Below the pieces are notes generated by a model, which did not search any database, was not told the origin of the DNA, and worked only from the letters and a program-made list of their open reading frames with translations. DNA of 64,000 bases. It comes from Candidatus Micrarchaeota archaeon (GTDB lineage Archaea; Micrarchaeota; Micrarchaeia; Norongarragalinales; SBBD01). Position 1 is the first letter of the stretch, and each line of letters starts with the position of its first letter. Position numbers and translations under genes: made by a program. Shown here piece by piece: positions 9,501-19,387 of this stretch. Where the stretch lies: assembly GCA_043806595.1 (NCBI GenBank), contig JAZDGU010000018.1:10284-74283 (forward strand), in the 5' to 3' direction.

Positions 9501-10115
9501 TCACGTGAGGCGCTTGATGTCCTTGACGGTAATGTCGAAGACTAGAGTCTTGCCGGCAAGGGGATGGTTGAAGTCGATTGTGGCGTTCGAGCCGTTGATT
9601 GCGGTTACCACGCCCGACATGCCGCTCGTGGCGTAGAGCATCATGCCGACGGATACGTCTTCGCCGCCGGTGGTGATGTTCGCGACGGGAATCTGCATGA
9701 CGTTCTCATCGCTGGGCTCGCCGTATGCTTCCTCTGGCGGGATGGACGCCGTCTTCTTATCGCCGGCCTTCATTCCGACGACCGCGGCCTCGAAGCCGGG
9801 AATCATCTGCCTGGTACCGATCGTGAAGGTGAGAAGGTCGTAGGAAGGGCTCACGGGAAGGCCGGCCTTCTCCGCCTCGGCCTGGACGTTCGTGTCGAAG
9901 AGCGTGCCGTTCTCGAACTTGCCGACGTACTCGACGGAGACGACGTCCCCGGCCTGCACCCTGCGGTCCCCGGGCGGAATCGTCGTGACCGGCGGGACGC
10001 CGGCGTCGGAAGGCGCAATGGTCGGGGCAGCGGTCGGCGTCGGCGTGACCGTTGACTGCTGGACGCAGCCCATGAGGAAGACTATTGCCAAAACCGCTAG
10101 CAGTTTGTACAACAC
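9501..10115 (-). CDS. FKBP-type (SlyD-like) PPIase with lipoprotein-like signal peptide
   Basis: LLAVLAIVFLMGC signal; GDVVSVEYVG, MIPGFE, IPPEEAYG, DFNHPLAGKTLVF. Confidence 0.9.
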   Translation of the reverse strand: MLYKLLAVLAIVFLMGCVQQSTVTPTPTAAPTIAPSDAGVPPVTTIPPGDRRVQAGDVVSVEYVGKFENGTLFDTNVQAEAEKAGLPVSPSYDLLTFTIGTRQMIPGFEAAVVGMKAGDKKTASIPPEEAYGEPSDENVMQIPVANITTGGEDVSVGMMLYATSGMSGVVTAINGSNATIDFNHPLAGKTLVFDITVKDIKRLT

Positions 10116-10207
10116 TTGCAAACCCCCCTTCCGGAAGAACCGGACGGGATATTGTTGGGGGGGAAGGGGTATTAAAACCATCCTGACGAAAGACTCGCGA
10201 AAGCCCG

Positions 10208-11554
10208 ATGGCATTCGATTTCGACAGGTTCGCAAGAAAGCTGGAGAGGTACGAATACGCCGAGGCTGTGCTCTCGCGGACGGCATACGCGTCGGCGATC
10301 CTCAAGGACGGGAACGTGGACTCGGCAAAGGAAGGCGGGGAGGAAAACCTCGCGGTGCGGGTGTACGCGGGCGGTGCCTCGGGATTCTCGGTCACCAACC
10401 AGCTGGAGAAGGCCGGCGAGGCTCTGCGGAGGGCGGAAACCCTCGCCCGCGCCCGTAAGGGGAACGCGCGCCTGGCAAAGCCCGAGGTGCACGACGCGGA
10501 TTCTGTTCTGCGGCCTAAGAAGGACGCGCTTCACGAGCCAATGGAGGAAAAGATCGCGAGGCTCAAGGAATATTCAAGGGAAGCGAGGAAGGGCAAAGTA
10601 TTCCGCGTGCAGGCTACGCTGACCGCGGCAGAATTCGAGAAGTTTTTCGCGAACTCCGCGGGGTCGAGGGTGGACACCTTCGAGCCGCGCATTGTATGCA
10701 CGGTCCACGCCTTCGCCAAGGACGGGGGAAGGACGGAGAGCTCGTTCCATCAGATGAAGGCAAGGGCCGGCGCGGAAGCGCTCGAGGAAATGCACGCGAA
10801 GGCCGGGGAGGCTGCAGGCGAGGCCAACCTCCTGCTAAAGGCCGGGGAGGGGCCGAAGGGAAGGATGACGGCCGTGCTCGACTCCGAGCTTGCCGGGGTC
10901 ATGGCGCACGAGGCCGTAGGGCATGCGTGCGAAGCCGACGAAGTGCAGGCCGGCGGGTCCATTCTCAAGGGAAGGCTCGGCCGCAGGATCGGTGCAGGAG
11001 CCGTAGATATAATGGATTCGCCGGCGCTCGAGCCGCGGCTCTGGGGAAGCTATGAATACGACGACGAGGGCACGAAGGCGAGAGGAACGGCGCTCATGGA
11101 GCGGGGAGTGCTCAAATCGTTCCTGACGTCGCTCGAGACCGCGACCGAGAACCGGGGCAGGCTTACGGGAAACGCGCGCGCCGAGCCCGGCCGCAGGCCG
11201 CTCGTGCGCATGACGAACACGCACTTCGGCAGGGGCGATGCCGAAGTCGACGAGCTCTTCCAAGGCGTGCGAAAGGGAGTATACCTCGTCGGGTGCAAGG
11301 AGGGGCAGGTGTCGCCTAAGAGCGGCAACTTCACTTTTGCTGCCAAATACGGCTATGTTATTGAAAACGGGGAGAGGAAGCGGCTGTTCAAGGACTGCAG
11401 CATCAACGGCAACATCTTCGACGCGCTGCACGAGGTGAGCCTGGTCGCAAGCGACCTTGCGTTCACGCCGGGGACGTGCGGCAAGGAGAGCCAGGGGGTG
11501 CCCGTGACAACCGGCAGCCCGCACCTGCTGATAAAGAACATCCTCGTCGGGTGA
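10208..11554 (+). CDS. tldD: TldD family metalloprotease
   Basis: HEAVGHACEAD, YDDEG, TGNAR, VRMTNT, CGKESQGVPV. Confidence 0.92.
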   Translation: MAFDFDRFARKLERYEYAEAVLSRTAYASAILKDGNVDSAKEGGEENLAVRVYAGGASGFSVTNQLEKAGEALRRAETLARARKGNARLAKPEVHDADSVLRPKKDALHEPMEEKIARLKEYSREARKGKVFRVQATLTAAEFEKFFANSAGSRVDTFEPRIVCTVHAFAKDGGRTESSFHQMKARAGAEALEEMHAKAGEAAGEANLLLKAGEGPKGRMTAVLDSELAGVMAHEAVGHACEADEVQAGGSILKGRLGRRIGAGAVDIMDSPALEPRLWGSYEYDDEGTKARGTALMERGVLKSFLTSLETATENRGRLTGNARAEPGRRPLVRMTNTHFGRGDAEVDELFQGVRKGVYLVGCKEGQVSPKSGNFTFAAKYGYVIENGERKRLFKDCSINGNIFDALHEVSLVASDLAFTPGTCGKESQGVPVTTGSPHLLIKNILVG

Positions 11555-11763
11555 CGAAAGCCGAAAAAAATGCCGGATAAAAAGTACGTCAGGCGTGCGG
11601 CCGGCCAATGTTTTTCCCCGCCGGAGGATTTTGTGCGAGGCCGGGAAGGGGGGAGGTCAAAATCCCATCCCGCGCCATCCATTTGCCTCAAGCCAAAGGC
11701 AGTCCCGCACCGGAAACTCGGCGACAAAAAAAATAAAAGCCCGGCGGGCGCACAGATTGTTCC

Positions 11764-12465
11764 ATGTGCGGAAGGTTTTCGCTGACGGTCCCGATACGCA
11801 AGCTGCAGGAGCACTACGAGGCCAGGAGGGTCAGCGAGGAGGCCGCCAAATGGAAGCCATCGTACAATATCGCCCCGGCCCAGCTTGCGCCCGTTGTTGT
11901 CCGGCAAACCGGCGACGAGACCGCAACCGAAATTATCCTCGCGAGATGGGGATTTGTACCTGCGTGGGCGGAAGACGCCGCAGCCGGCGGCAGGATGATA
12001 AACGCGCGCGCGGAATCCGTCGCGGAAAAGCCGGCGTTCCGGAAAGCGTTCAATGCAGGCAGGTGCCTCGTGCCGTTCACGAGCTTCTTCGAGTGGCGCA
12101 AGACCGCCGGAAGCGCGCACAAGACGCCTTTTGCCGTCGGATTCGGCGACCGCAGGATCGCGTCGTTCGCGGGAGTGACGGAGGAAAACGCCAAGCTGGG
12201 CGTGAGGACGTTCACCATCGTAACCACGGAACCCAACGCCGTGGTGAAGCCAATACACGAACGCATGCCAGTCATCCTCGATGCCGCAGGCGCTGGGAAG
12301 TGGCTGGACCCGGAAACCGATGCAGTGCAGGCGTCGTCACTGCTCAAGCCGTTTCCCGCGGTGGGCATGCTTGCGTGGGAGGCCTCGCCGCGAGTCAACT
12401 CGCCGGCGTTCAACGCGCCCGAGGCAATGCTTCCCGCCCGCTCCCGGCAGGAGACGCTCGGCTGA
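11764..12465 (+). CDS. SRAP/HMCES (YedK-like) abasic-site crosslinking protein
   Basis: N-terminal MCGRF, YNIAP, WGFVP, INARAE, FFEW, IHERMPVIL. Confidence 0.93.
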   Translation: MCGRFSLTVPIRKLQEHYEARRVSEEAAKWKPSYNIAPAQLAPVVVRQTGDETATEIILARWGFVPAWAEDAAAGGRMINARAESVAEKPAFRKAFNAGRCLVPFTSFFEWRKTAGSAHKTPFAVGFGDRRIASFAGVTEENAKLGVRTFTIVTTEPNAVVKPIHERMPVILDAAGAGKWLDPETDAVQASSLLKPFPAVGMLAWEASPRVNSPAFNAPEAMLPARSRQETLG

Positions 12466-12515
12466 CCCCCTTTATCACCGTTCCGTTTTAATACCAGTCA
12501 TGCATGCATTTGCGT

Positions 12516-13082
12516 ATGGCAAAGGCAGGACGCAAACCGCGGGCGAAGACCAAGACGGGAATGAAGAGGATAGAGGCGAGGAGGCTCCCGATACTTCCCG
12601 AATCCGCGCGCGCGTTCTCGTGGCTGCACCTGGCAGGGTTCATACTCCTGTGCGAGCTCGCGGGAATCGTCGGCGCCGTATTCACCACGCCGAACATCCC
12701 GACGTGGTACGCGGTGCTCGCGAAGCCCGCGTGGACGCCGCCGAGCTGGGTATTCGGCCCGGTGTGGACGCTGCTGTACGCGCTCATGGGAATCGCGGCC
12801 TACATGGTTTACCGCCAGCCGGAGAGCGCGGCAAGGTCATTCGGCGTGCGCGCGTTCTCCGTCCAGCTCGCGCTCAACGTGCTCTGGAGCGCGGTGTTCT
12901 TCGGCCTGCAGTCGCCGGGCACGGGCTTTGCGGTAATCGAGCTGCTGTGGTTCGTCATCGCGGCGTGCACGCTCGTGTTCTGGAGGGTTTCAAGGCCTGC
13001 GGCCCTGCTCATGGTGCCCTACCTGGCGTGGGTGACGTTCGCTGCGGCGCTCAACTACGCGGTCTGGATTCTCAACCCGTGA
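12516..13082 (+). CDS. tspO: TspO/MBR family protein
   Basis: WYAVLAKPAWTPPSWVFGPVWTLLY, QLALNVLWS, PYLAWVTFA. Confidence 0.93.
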   Translation: MAKAGRKPRAKTKTGMKRIEARRLPILPESARAFSWLHLAGFILLCELAGIVGAVFTTPNIPTWYAVLAKPAWTPPSWVFGPVWTLLYALMGIAAYMVYRQPESAARSFGVRAFSVQLALNVLWSAVFFGLQSPGTGFAVIELLWFVIAACTLVFWRVSRPAALLMVPYLAWVTFAAALNYAVWILNP

Positions 13083-13127
13083 GCGTGCAGAGGCACGACG
13101 GAGTATTTTTATTTTTGGAGGTGCTGA

Positions 13128-13430
13128 GTGGAAAAAGTGGGGTGGAATTTAATGGTCTGTTATGCCGTGCCGCTGTCCGCGGCAATCCTGCTGCATGCCG
13201 CGAGGAAAAAAGGAAGGCTCAAGGGCGAAGGAATCGGCCGGTTGAACCTGCTCATGGCAGGAGGCGCCGCCTTTGGAGTCGTCGACCACTGGTGGAACGG
13301 CGAGCTGTTCCTCTTCGGGCCCGGAATGGGCGCGGACCTCGCGCTGGGGTTCGTCATCACCGCGGCAATAGCCGGGTTCTGGGCCGCGTCCGAAATCCTC
13401 TCGCCCGCGCCGCAGGCCGCTAGGACTTAG
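13128..13430 (+). CDS. Small hypothetical membrane protein
   Basis: Hydrophobic segments; GGAAFGVVDHWWNGELF; GGAGG upstream. Confidence 0.6.
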   Translation: MEKVGWNLMVCYAVPLSAAILLHAARKKGRLKGEGIGRLNLLMAGGAAFGVVDHWWNGELFLFGPGMGADLALGFVITAAIAGFWAASEILSPAPQAART

Positions 13431-14259
13431 CCCAGCGGTGGTTGGGATTGCGGGGAGTGATTATCCACATGATGATGTAGAGGACTATTCCCGCGCCCCA
13501 CGCGAGCGAAAGGAGGACCCACACGAGCCGCACGATGGTCGGGTCGATTCCGAGGTATTCGGCGATGCCGCCGCAGACTCCGCCCAGGATTTTCTCGTTG
13601 CCCGAGCGGTACAGCCTCTTGCCCTTGATCGGGCTCGCGGTCGACGACGCGGGCCTACCCGACTTTTCCTTCATTGCCATGTGACCACCCCTTTCGATGC
13701 ACCGCCCCCGGCGGCGACAGACTGCAACGCCCAGGAGCACGCCGAAATATCCTATCAGAGCGAATAACGCGAATACGCCAAGCAGGTGCGAGTTGACGAG
13801 CACCGCGAGGTCCCACACATCCGCGTTGCTAGCGAAGACCTCACCCTCGAGGACAAGCGAGGAGAAGATCCACGCGATGACCGCACACGCCATGCCGAAG
13901 GAAACCGGCCAAAGCAGCCGGTTGGCGGTCCTATTCGCGCGCGAGACGAACTCGATGAGTGAGGACAGCGCGGTCAGGAGCACGAAGGCCGCGAAGTTCT
14001 CGTAGAAGAACCTGCCGAGGGCGCCGAGAACCTGTATGCCGGTCTGGGCGTACGTCCAGCCGAGCACCCAGATGGCGAAGGCGAGGCCCAGGATGCCGAG
14101 GACGAACGAGAACACCGCCGACCAAGGCGAGTAATACCAGCGGCCGAAGCGGCGCTCCACGTGATCGCCGAAGCCCTCGCCGATGCAGCGCATCTCATCC
14201 CGAGCCTCGCGCGCCCTGCGCTTGAATTCGGCCTTTTGCTGCGAACGCTTTCTTGCCAC
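13420..14259 (-). CDS. Membrane protein with C-terminal PspC domain
   Basis: KRLYRS...ILGGVCGGIAEYLGIDPTIVRL...YIIMWIITP at the C-terminus; several N-terminal TMs. Confidence 0.85.
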   Translation of the reverse strand: MARKRSQQKAEFKRRAREARDEMRCIGEGFGDHVERRFGRWYYSPWSAVFSFVLGILGLAFAIWVLGWTYAQTGIQVLGALGRFFYENFAAFVLLTALSSLIEFVSRANRTANRLLWPVSFGMACAVIAWIFSSLVLEGEVFASNADVWDLAVLVNSHLLGVFALFALIGYFGVLLGVAVCRRRGRCIERGGHMAMKEKSGRPASSTASPIKGKRLYRSGNEKILGGVCGGIAEYLGIDPTIVRLVWVLLSLAWGAGIVLYIIMWIITPRNPNHRWAKS

Positions 14260-14344
14260 GGATGACCTCCGTGAAAACTCACTGGCGACCCCTTAAATAA
14301 AGGGCTAGGTTTGGCAACCAGCGGGCAACTTCGAGGCACGACGG

Positions 14345-14926
14345 CTAGGGCTCGCTTAGGACGATCTTCTTCGTCATGCCGAACGGGAAGGTCTTCACGA
14401 CCTTCTTGGCCTCCAGCCTTCGCAGGACGCGGAAGGTCTTGACCGGGGAAAAGCCCGTGCGGACGCAAAGCTGCCTCTGCGTCGACTCGCCGCCCTGCCG
14501 GACCAGCTCGTCGTAGACGGACTTCTCGTCACCGGTGAGAAGCGACGAGGTCACGAACTTGCGCGTCTCCTTGTGCTCCTGCCGGTTCACGTGGCGGAGG
14601 ACGAAGAAGCCGTTCGCCAGCAGGAGCGCGCCTACGAGCAGTATGCCGAGGGACTGCGGCGAGAACACGAGGGAAAGCGGGTCGGCGACTCCGCGAGGCC
14701 TGTCGAAGCGGTCGCGGCCGAAGTCCTGGACGGCCGAGGCGTTGAAGCCGGGAACGGTGGCGGAATCGGACACCGCGGGAGCCGCGAAGCGCTGGGATTC
14801 CGGGAACAGGGGAAGGAACTCGTGGCGCCACACGGCGAAGTAGACGAACGCGAAGTATGTGATTACCAGGAAACCGCCGGCAATCAAAGTCAGGTATCCG
14901 AGGGCCTTGAGTTCGCGCATAAGCAT
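14345..14926 (-). CDS. Membrane-anchored winged-helix regulator
   Basis: Two TMs, then LTGDEKSVYDELVRQGGESTQRQL...KTFRVLRRLEAKKVV...GMTKKI; divergent from the ABC operon. Confidence 0.75.
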   Translation of the reverse strand: MLMRELKALGYLTLIAGGFLVITYFAFVYFAVWRHEFLPLFPESQRFAAPAVSDSATVPGFNASAVQDFGRDRFDRPRGVADPLSLVFSPQSLGILLVGALLLANGFFVLRHVNRQEHKETRKFVTSSLLTGDEKSVYDELVRQGGESTQRQLCVRTGFSPVKTFRVLRRLEAKKVVKTFPFGMTKKIVLSEP

Positions 14927-15057
14927 GCCACCGCCACCCCCTTTCTGGGGCAATTTGGGGAAAAGCTTAACTACCGCTTATTTCAGGTCATTACATATTA
15001 CAGGTTATTTCACTAAACCTATATATATTGTTTCCGCCATAGTATGGGAAAGAGGCG

Positions 15058-15792
15058 ATGCGCTTGCCGGCAAGGGATGGCCACGTAATCCGGTTCGAGA
15101 AGGTCGTGAAGGAGTATTCGCTTGGCAAGCGCAAGCTCCGCGTGCTGGACGACATCAGCTTCAAGGTGGGCCAGGGCGAGTTCGTGGCGGTCATGGGCCC
15201 GTCGGGGAGCGGCAAGAGCACTATGCTCCAGATGATGGGATGCCTGGACAGGCCGAGCGCCGGGAGGGTGGTCATCGACGGCGAGGACTCGAGCGCGCTC
15301 TCGCCCAACGGCCTCGCCGACATACGCGCAAGGAAAATCGGCTTCGTATTCCAGGCCTTCAACCTGCTGCCGAACATGACCGCGCTGCAGAACGTCGAGG
15401 TCGCGATGACGATAAACGAGGTGCCACGAAGGGAGAGGCTGGAGAGGGCGCGCAGGCTCCTGCGGGTCGTCGGCCTCATGGACCGGGAGAACCACAAGCC
15501 GAACGAGCTCAGCGGCGGCGAGAAGCAGAGGGTGGCGATAGCGAGGGCGCTCGCCAACAAGCCCGCGTTCCTCCTCGCCGACGAGCCCACTGGCAACCTC
15601 GACTCGAAGTCCGGGAACGAGGTCATGGAAATAATCAAGAGCCTTTCGAAGCAGGGCGCGACGGTCATTATCGTCACGCACGAGCCCGTGGTGGCGCAAT
15701 ACAGCCACAGGACCATCCGCCTGAGGGACGGGAGGATAGAGTCCGACGGGACCACGGCGCGCCTGCGCAAGGAGGACCTGAAGCTGAAATGA
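15058..15792 (+). CDS. ABC transporter ATP-binding protein (LolD/MacB type)
   Basis: GPSGSGKST, LSGGEKQRVAIARAL, LLADEPTGNLD, IVTHE. Confidence 0.95.
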   Translation: MRLPARDGHVIRFEKVVKEYSLGKRKLRVLDDISFKVGQGEFVAVMGPSGSGKSTMLQMMGCLDRPSAGRVVIDGEDSSALSPNGLADIRARKIGFVFQAFNLLPNMTALQNVEVAMTINEVPRRERLERARRLLRVVGLMDRENHKPNELSGGEKQRVAIARALANKPAFLLADEPTGNLDSKSGNEVMEIIKSLSKQGATVIIVTHEPVVAQYSHRTIRLRDGRIESDGTTARLRKEDLKLK

Positions 15793-15799
15793 GGGGTGC

Positions 15800-17125
15800 A
15801 TGAACATGAGGAACTGGATTGCGGGATTTTTCGTGCTGGCGATGCTTGCGGCGCAGGCCTCGGCGGTGACCTTCAACGTCACGCGCTCGGGGGCTTACAC
15901 CGCGTCCGGCTTCGGCATAACCGAAGTCCAGCAGACCCCGGACAGGATATACCCCGGGGACGAGGTCAGGCTCAAGTTCTCCATCCAATCCAACGACCCC
16001 GAAGGCGCCGGTACCGTGGAATTGAACGTGCTCGCGCCGTTCCTGCCCGACACGAGCAACTACCTGCTCGGCGACATGAATAAGAACGAGCCCAAGGACG
16101 TGACCGTGAACTTCGTCGTGCCCGCGAACACCAACCCGGGTTCGTATTACATGTATATATATACGACGAGCAAGTACGGGTCGCGCGCGCAGGTCGCCGA
16201 AATCCCGATAACCATCAACGAGCTCTCGCTCTCCAACGCGCTCGCCGCATCCGTAGGCGATATGAAGGAGGTCTACGCCGGCGACTCCGTCGAGATGCCC
16301 ATCGAGATTCGGAATTACGCCGAACTCGGCGTCGAGGACGTCATCGTGCAGATGAAGTTCGACTCCGGCAACGCGCTGACGCCAATCGGCTCGGACAGGC
16401 AGCACATCGACGCCATCGCCGCGGGAGAAAGCGGGACGGCGCCGTTCAAGGTCGGGGTCAACCCCTCGGCAACCGCGGGCTACTACCCATTGACGATCTA
16501 CGTCAGCTACAAGATCGACCGCCAGCAGCAGCCCCAGGTGAACCAGACGTTCGGCATCCGCGTGCTCTCCCGCACGGCGCTGCTCATCACCTATGACACC
16601 GCGGCATCGGCCACGGGCACCTCAGGTGCCTCGCTCGTGGTGACCGTCGCAAACGTCGGCGACACGCCCGTGCGCGGGGTCTACATCTCGGCCGAGTCCG
16701 ACAGCTTCGACTTCTCGGGGGCGTCCGACAAGTTCATCGGAACCCTCAACCTCGACGACTCAGCTAGCATCTCGCTCGCGCCGACCGCAAAACGATCCGC
16801 GTTCGTTCCCGGGCAGGCGCAGGACGGCACGCAGGCGCAGCAGGCTGCGGGCTTGGCACAGGGCGTCATAACGGTCAAGGCCGTCTACAAGGACGCGCTC
16901 AACGTCGAGCACACGCAGTCCATCGACGTGCAGTACAGGCCGCAGGGTCTTGCCGCCGACTCCGCCAACGGCCAGACTGGGGCATTGAGCAACCAGCGGT
17001 TCGGCCGCAGGACGCAGGGCTACACCATACTCGGAATAGACGTACTCTACATAGGAATCGGAATCGCGGCGCTCCTCGTCGCGTTCTTCGGCTGGAAGTG
17101 GTACAAGAGGAGGGACAAGAAATGA
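15800..17125 (+). CDS. COG1361 S-layer-domain protein
   Basis: Signal peptide, repeated beta-sandwich (PGD.V...N.G) units, C-terminal TM plus basic tail; typical position between ABC ATPase and permease. Confidence 0.8.
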   Translation: MNMRNWIAGFFVLAMLAAQASAVTFNVTRSGAYTASGFGITEVQQTPDRIYPGDEVRLKFSIQSNDPEGAGTVELNVLAPFLPDTSNYLLGDMNKNEPKDVTVNFVVPANTNPGSYYMYIYTTSKYGSRAQVAEIPITINELSLSNALAASVGDMKEVYAGDSVEMPIEIRNYAELGVEDVIVQMKFDSGNALTPIGSDRQHIDAIAAGESGTAPFKVGVNPSATAGYYPLTIYVSYKIDRQQQPQVNQTFGIRVLSRTALLITYDTAASATGTSGASLVVTVANVGDTPVRGVYISAESDSFDFSGASDKFIGTLNLDDSASISLAPTAKRSAFVPGQAQDGTQAQQAAGLAQGVITVKAVYKDALNVEHTQSIDVQYRPQGLAADSANGQTGALSNQRFGRRTQGYTILGIDVLYIGIGIAALLVAFFGWKWYKRRDKK

Positions 17126-18396
17126 AGCTGTATGACGCGGCGGCGCTCTCCATCGGCAACATGCGCGGCCGCAAGCTGCGCTCGTGGCTGACCGTGCTAG
17201 GCATAGTCATCGCCGTCGCGTCGATAGTAGTGCTCATCTCGCTCGCCAACGGCGTCAACCAGCAGGTCAGCTCGCGGCTGAACATGCTCGGCAACGACAT
17301 CATCCAGATTACGCCCGGCGCGGAACGCGCTACCCGCACCGGCGGGGGCGGAGGAGGATTCGGCATCCCCGTCGGCGGGGGTTTCGGCGGCGGCGGATCC
17401 TCGGGCGGCGGCTTCGTCCAGCGCTTCGGCGGCGAAGGCCTCGGGGAATTGAAGTTCAGCGAGGCCGACGACATCAAGCTCATCGACGGCGTGTCGAGCG
17501 TGGATGCCCGCATTTCAGGCCGCGTGCGGTCGACCTTCAAGGGCAAGAACGCGTCGCTGACGGTGACCGGCATCGACCCCGCGGCATTCAACGAGATGAT
17601 CACAACGAGCGTGCTGCAGGGCAAGCTCCTCAATCCCAGCGACCGGTATTCCGTGGTCCTCGGGTACCGGGTGTCTACCGGCACCTTCAGCGGGGAGGAC
17701 CTGCTCAACCGGCAGATAGTCATCGGCGGCTATTCGTTCAGGGTCGTCGGCATACTCAACCAGACCTCCGGCTCCATGCTGACCTCCGACAACTCCGTCT
17801 ACATCCCCATAGAAATCGCTAAGCAGCTGCTCAACGAGACCGAGAACGCCCAGCAGATATACGTGAAGGTGAAGCAGGGCACGACCGCCGACGACGTCGC
17901 GCTCCTGATCCAGAACAAGCTCCTCGAACTGCACAGGCTGGGCGCCGACCGCGCGGACTTCACGATAACCACGGCGTCATTCTTCCAGTCCGCGATAAGC
18001 GACATCACGGGCACGCTCGCGCTCTTCCTCGGCGGCATCGCCGCGATTTCCCTGCTCGTGGGCGCGATAGGGGTCGCGAACACGATGTTCATGAGCGTCC
18101 TCGAGCGCACCAAGGAAATCGGAATCCTCAAGGCGCTCGGGACAAAGGACTCGGAAATCACGGCGATGTTCCTCATCGAATCCGCGGCAATCGGCGCCGC
18201 GGGAGGTTTCTTCGGGCTCGCCCTCAGCATCGCAGTATCCGAGATATTGAAGTACTTCAACGTCCCGACGCTGATCACCGTCGAGCTCATGGCGGGCGCG
18301 CTCGTGTTCTCCGCGATAGTCGGCATCGCCGCCGGCGCGATCCCGGCGCGCAACGCCTCCAAGCTCCAGCCCGTCGAGGCCCTCAGGTACGAATAA
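17122..18396 (+). CDS. ABC transporter permease (MacB/FtsX family)
   Basis: KLRSWLTVLGIVIAV, ISLLVGAIGVANTM, ERTKEIGILKALG, PVEALRYE. Confidence 0.95.
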   Translation: MKLYDAAALSIGNMRGRKLRSWLTVLGIVIAVASIVVLISLANGVNQQVSSRLNMLGNDIIQITPGAERATRTGGGGGGFGIPVGGGFGGGGSSGGGFVQRFGGEGLGELKFSEADDIKLIDGVSSVDARISGRVRSTFKGKNASLTVTGIDPAAFNEMITTSVLQGKLLNPSDRYSVVLGYRVSTGTFSGEDLLNRQIVIGGYSFRVVGILNQTSGSMLTSDNSVYIPIEIAKQLLNETENAQQIYVKVKQGTTADDVALLIQNKLLELHRLGADRADFTITTASFFQSAISDITGTLALFLGGIAAISLLVGAIGVANTMFMSVLERTKEIGILKALGTKDSEITAMFLIESAAIGAAGGFFGLALSIAVSEILKYFNVPTLITVELMAGALVFSAIVGIAAGAIPARNASKLQPVEALRYE

Positions 18397-18415
18397 GAAA
18401 GAGAGTGAACAAGCC

Positions 18416-18874
18416 ATGGCATCCTCCAAGGTCGTCGCCTCGCTCGTCGCGCTTGCAGCCATCGCATCCGTACTGATGATGGGATGCGTGCAGGAGGGCA
18501 ACGATGGGCCCGGCGGCGGGCAATTCAACGGCAACCCGCAGGACGGCCAGCAGCCCCAAGGCTTCCGCAACGGTACGGGACCGCGCGGCTTCGGCAACGG
18601 CACCGGGCCGCGCAACATGACGATTGAGATGTGCAACAGCGTCGGCACGGTCGTTCCCGCATCCTCGGAATGCCCTGAAGGGCAGATGAAGACGCCGGCG
18701 CTTTCCGACGACCAGCAGAGCGCCTGCTGCGTCGACCGCTCGAGGTTCCCCGGCAACTTCACGGGCAACCGCTCGGACAGGCCGCCGGGCAATTACTCCG
18801 GCGGATTCCGAAACCGCTCGGGCTACCCGGGCGCGCAAGGCAGCGGCAGCCCCGCCTCCGGCTATCCCGGGTAA
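18416..18874 (+). CDS. Gly/Asn-rich secreted lipoprotein-like protein
   Basis: Signal ending MMGC; repeated GFxNGTGPR; many N-x-S/T sequons; small Cys cluster. Confidence 0.6.
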   Translation: MASSKVVASLVALAAIASVLMMGCVQEGNDGPGGGQFNGNPQDGQQPQGFRNGTGPRGFGNGTGPRNMTIEMCNSVGTVVPASSECPEGQMKTPALSDDQQSACCVDRSRFPGNFTGNRSDRPPGNYSGGFRNRSGYPGAQGSGSPASGYPG

Positions 18875-18980
18875 ATACCTTCAAGCGGTAATGATTGGGC
18901 ATGCGGGTCTGGAAGGCAATCGGTTAACGAAAAAAAATCAGGGCGGAAAAAAGGCACAAAAAAAAGGAAAGGGGGAAGGT

Positions 18981-19298
18981 TCAGCCGAAGACTTCCTCCA
19001 TCTTGTCCTCCAGCGCCCCGGCCTTCTTTTCGTGCTCGGCCTCTGAAGCGTGGCTCTCCTTCGCAAAGTCCGCTATGGCATCCGCCAGAGCGTCTAGCTG
19101 CTTGCCGTAAGCCTTCCCGATGCGCTCGCGGATCTTCTCGTGCAGCAGCTGCTTCTTCGCCCAGTGAGCCATCATTTCAGCCTTGTCGGCCATCGACGGC
19201 TCGCAGCAGCCTCCGCCTTGCGCGCCGCAGTCGCCTCCGCCGCAGCAGCCGGCTTCATCTTCCCCTTCGTTGCCTTCAACGGTCTCTTCTTCGTCCAT
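18981..19298 (-). CDS. Hypothetical protein, acidic Cys-rich N-terminus and helical C-terminus
   Basis: GCCGGGDC...GGCC then amphipathic helices; TATA-like element upstream. Confidence 0.6.
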   Translation of the reverse strand: MDEEETVEGNEGEDEAGCCGGGDCGAQGGGCCEPSMADKAEMMAHWAKKQLLHEKIRERIGKAYGKQLDALADAIADFAKESHASEAEHEKKAGALEDKMEEVFG

Positions 19299-19387
19299 GC
19301 AAACCACCCTCTAGGATTGAATGCTTTTTAGGGTTATTGCGGCGGCCGGGTATATAGGTATGGTTTAACCGGCCGGTTCAGGACATG

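Noticed and set aside
11560..11760. Possible ncRNA between tldD and SRAP (GGATTTTG/CAAAATCC arms)
   Set aside because: Single short stem with no recognisable family features.
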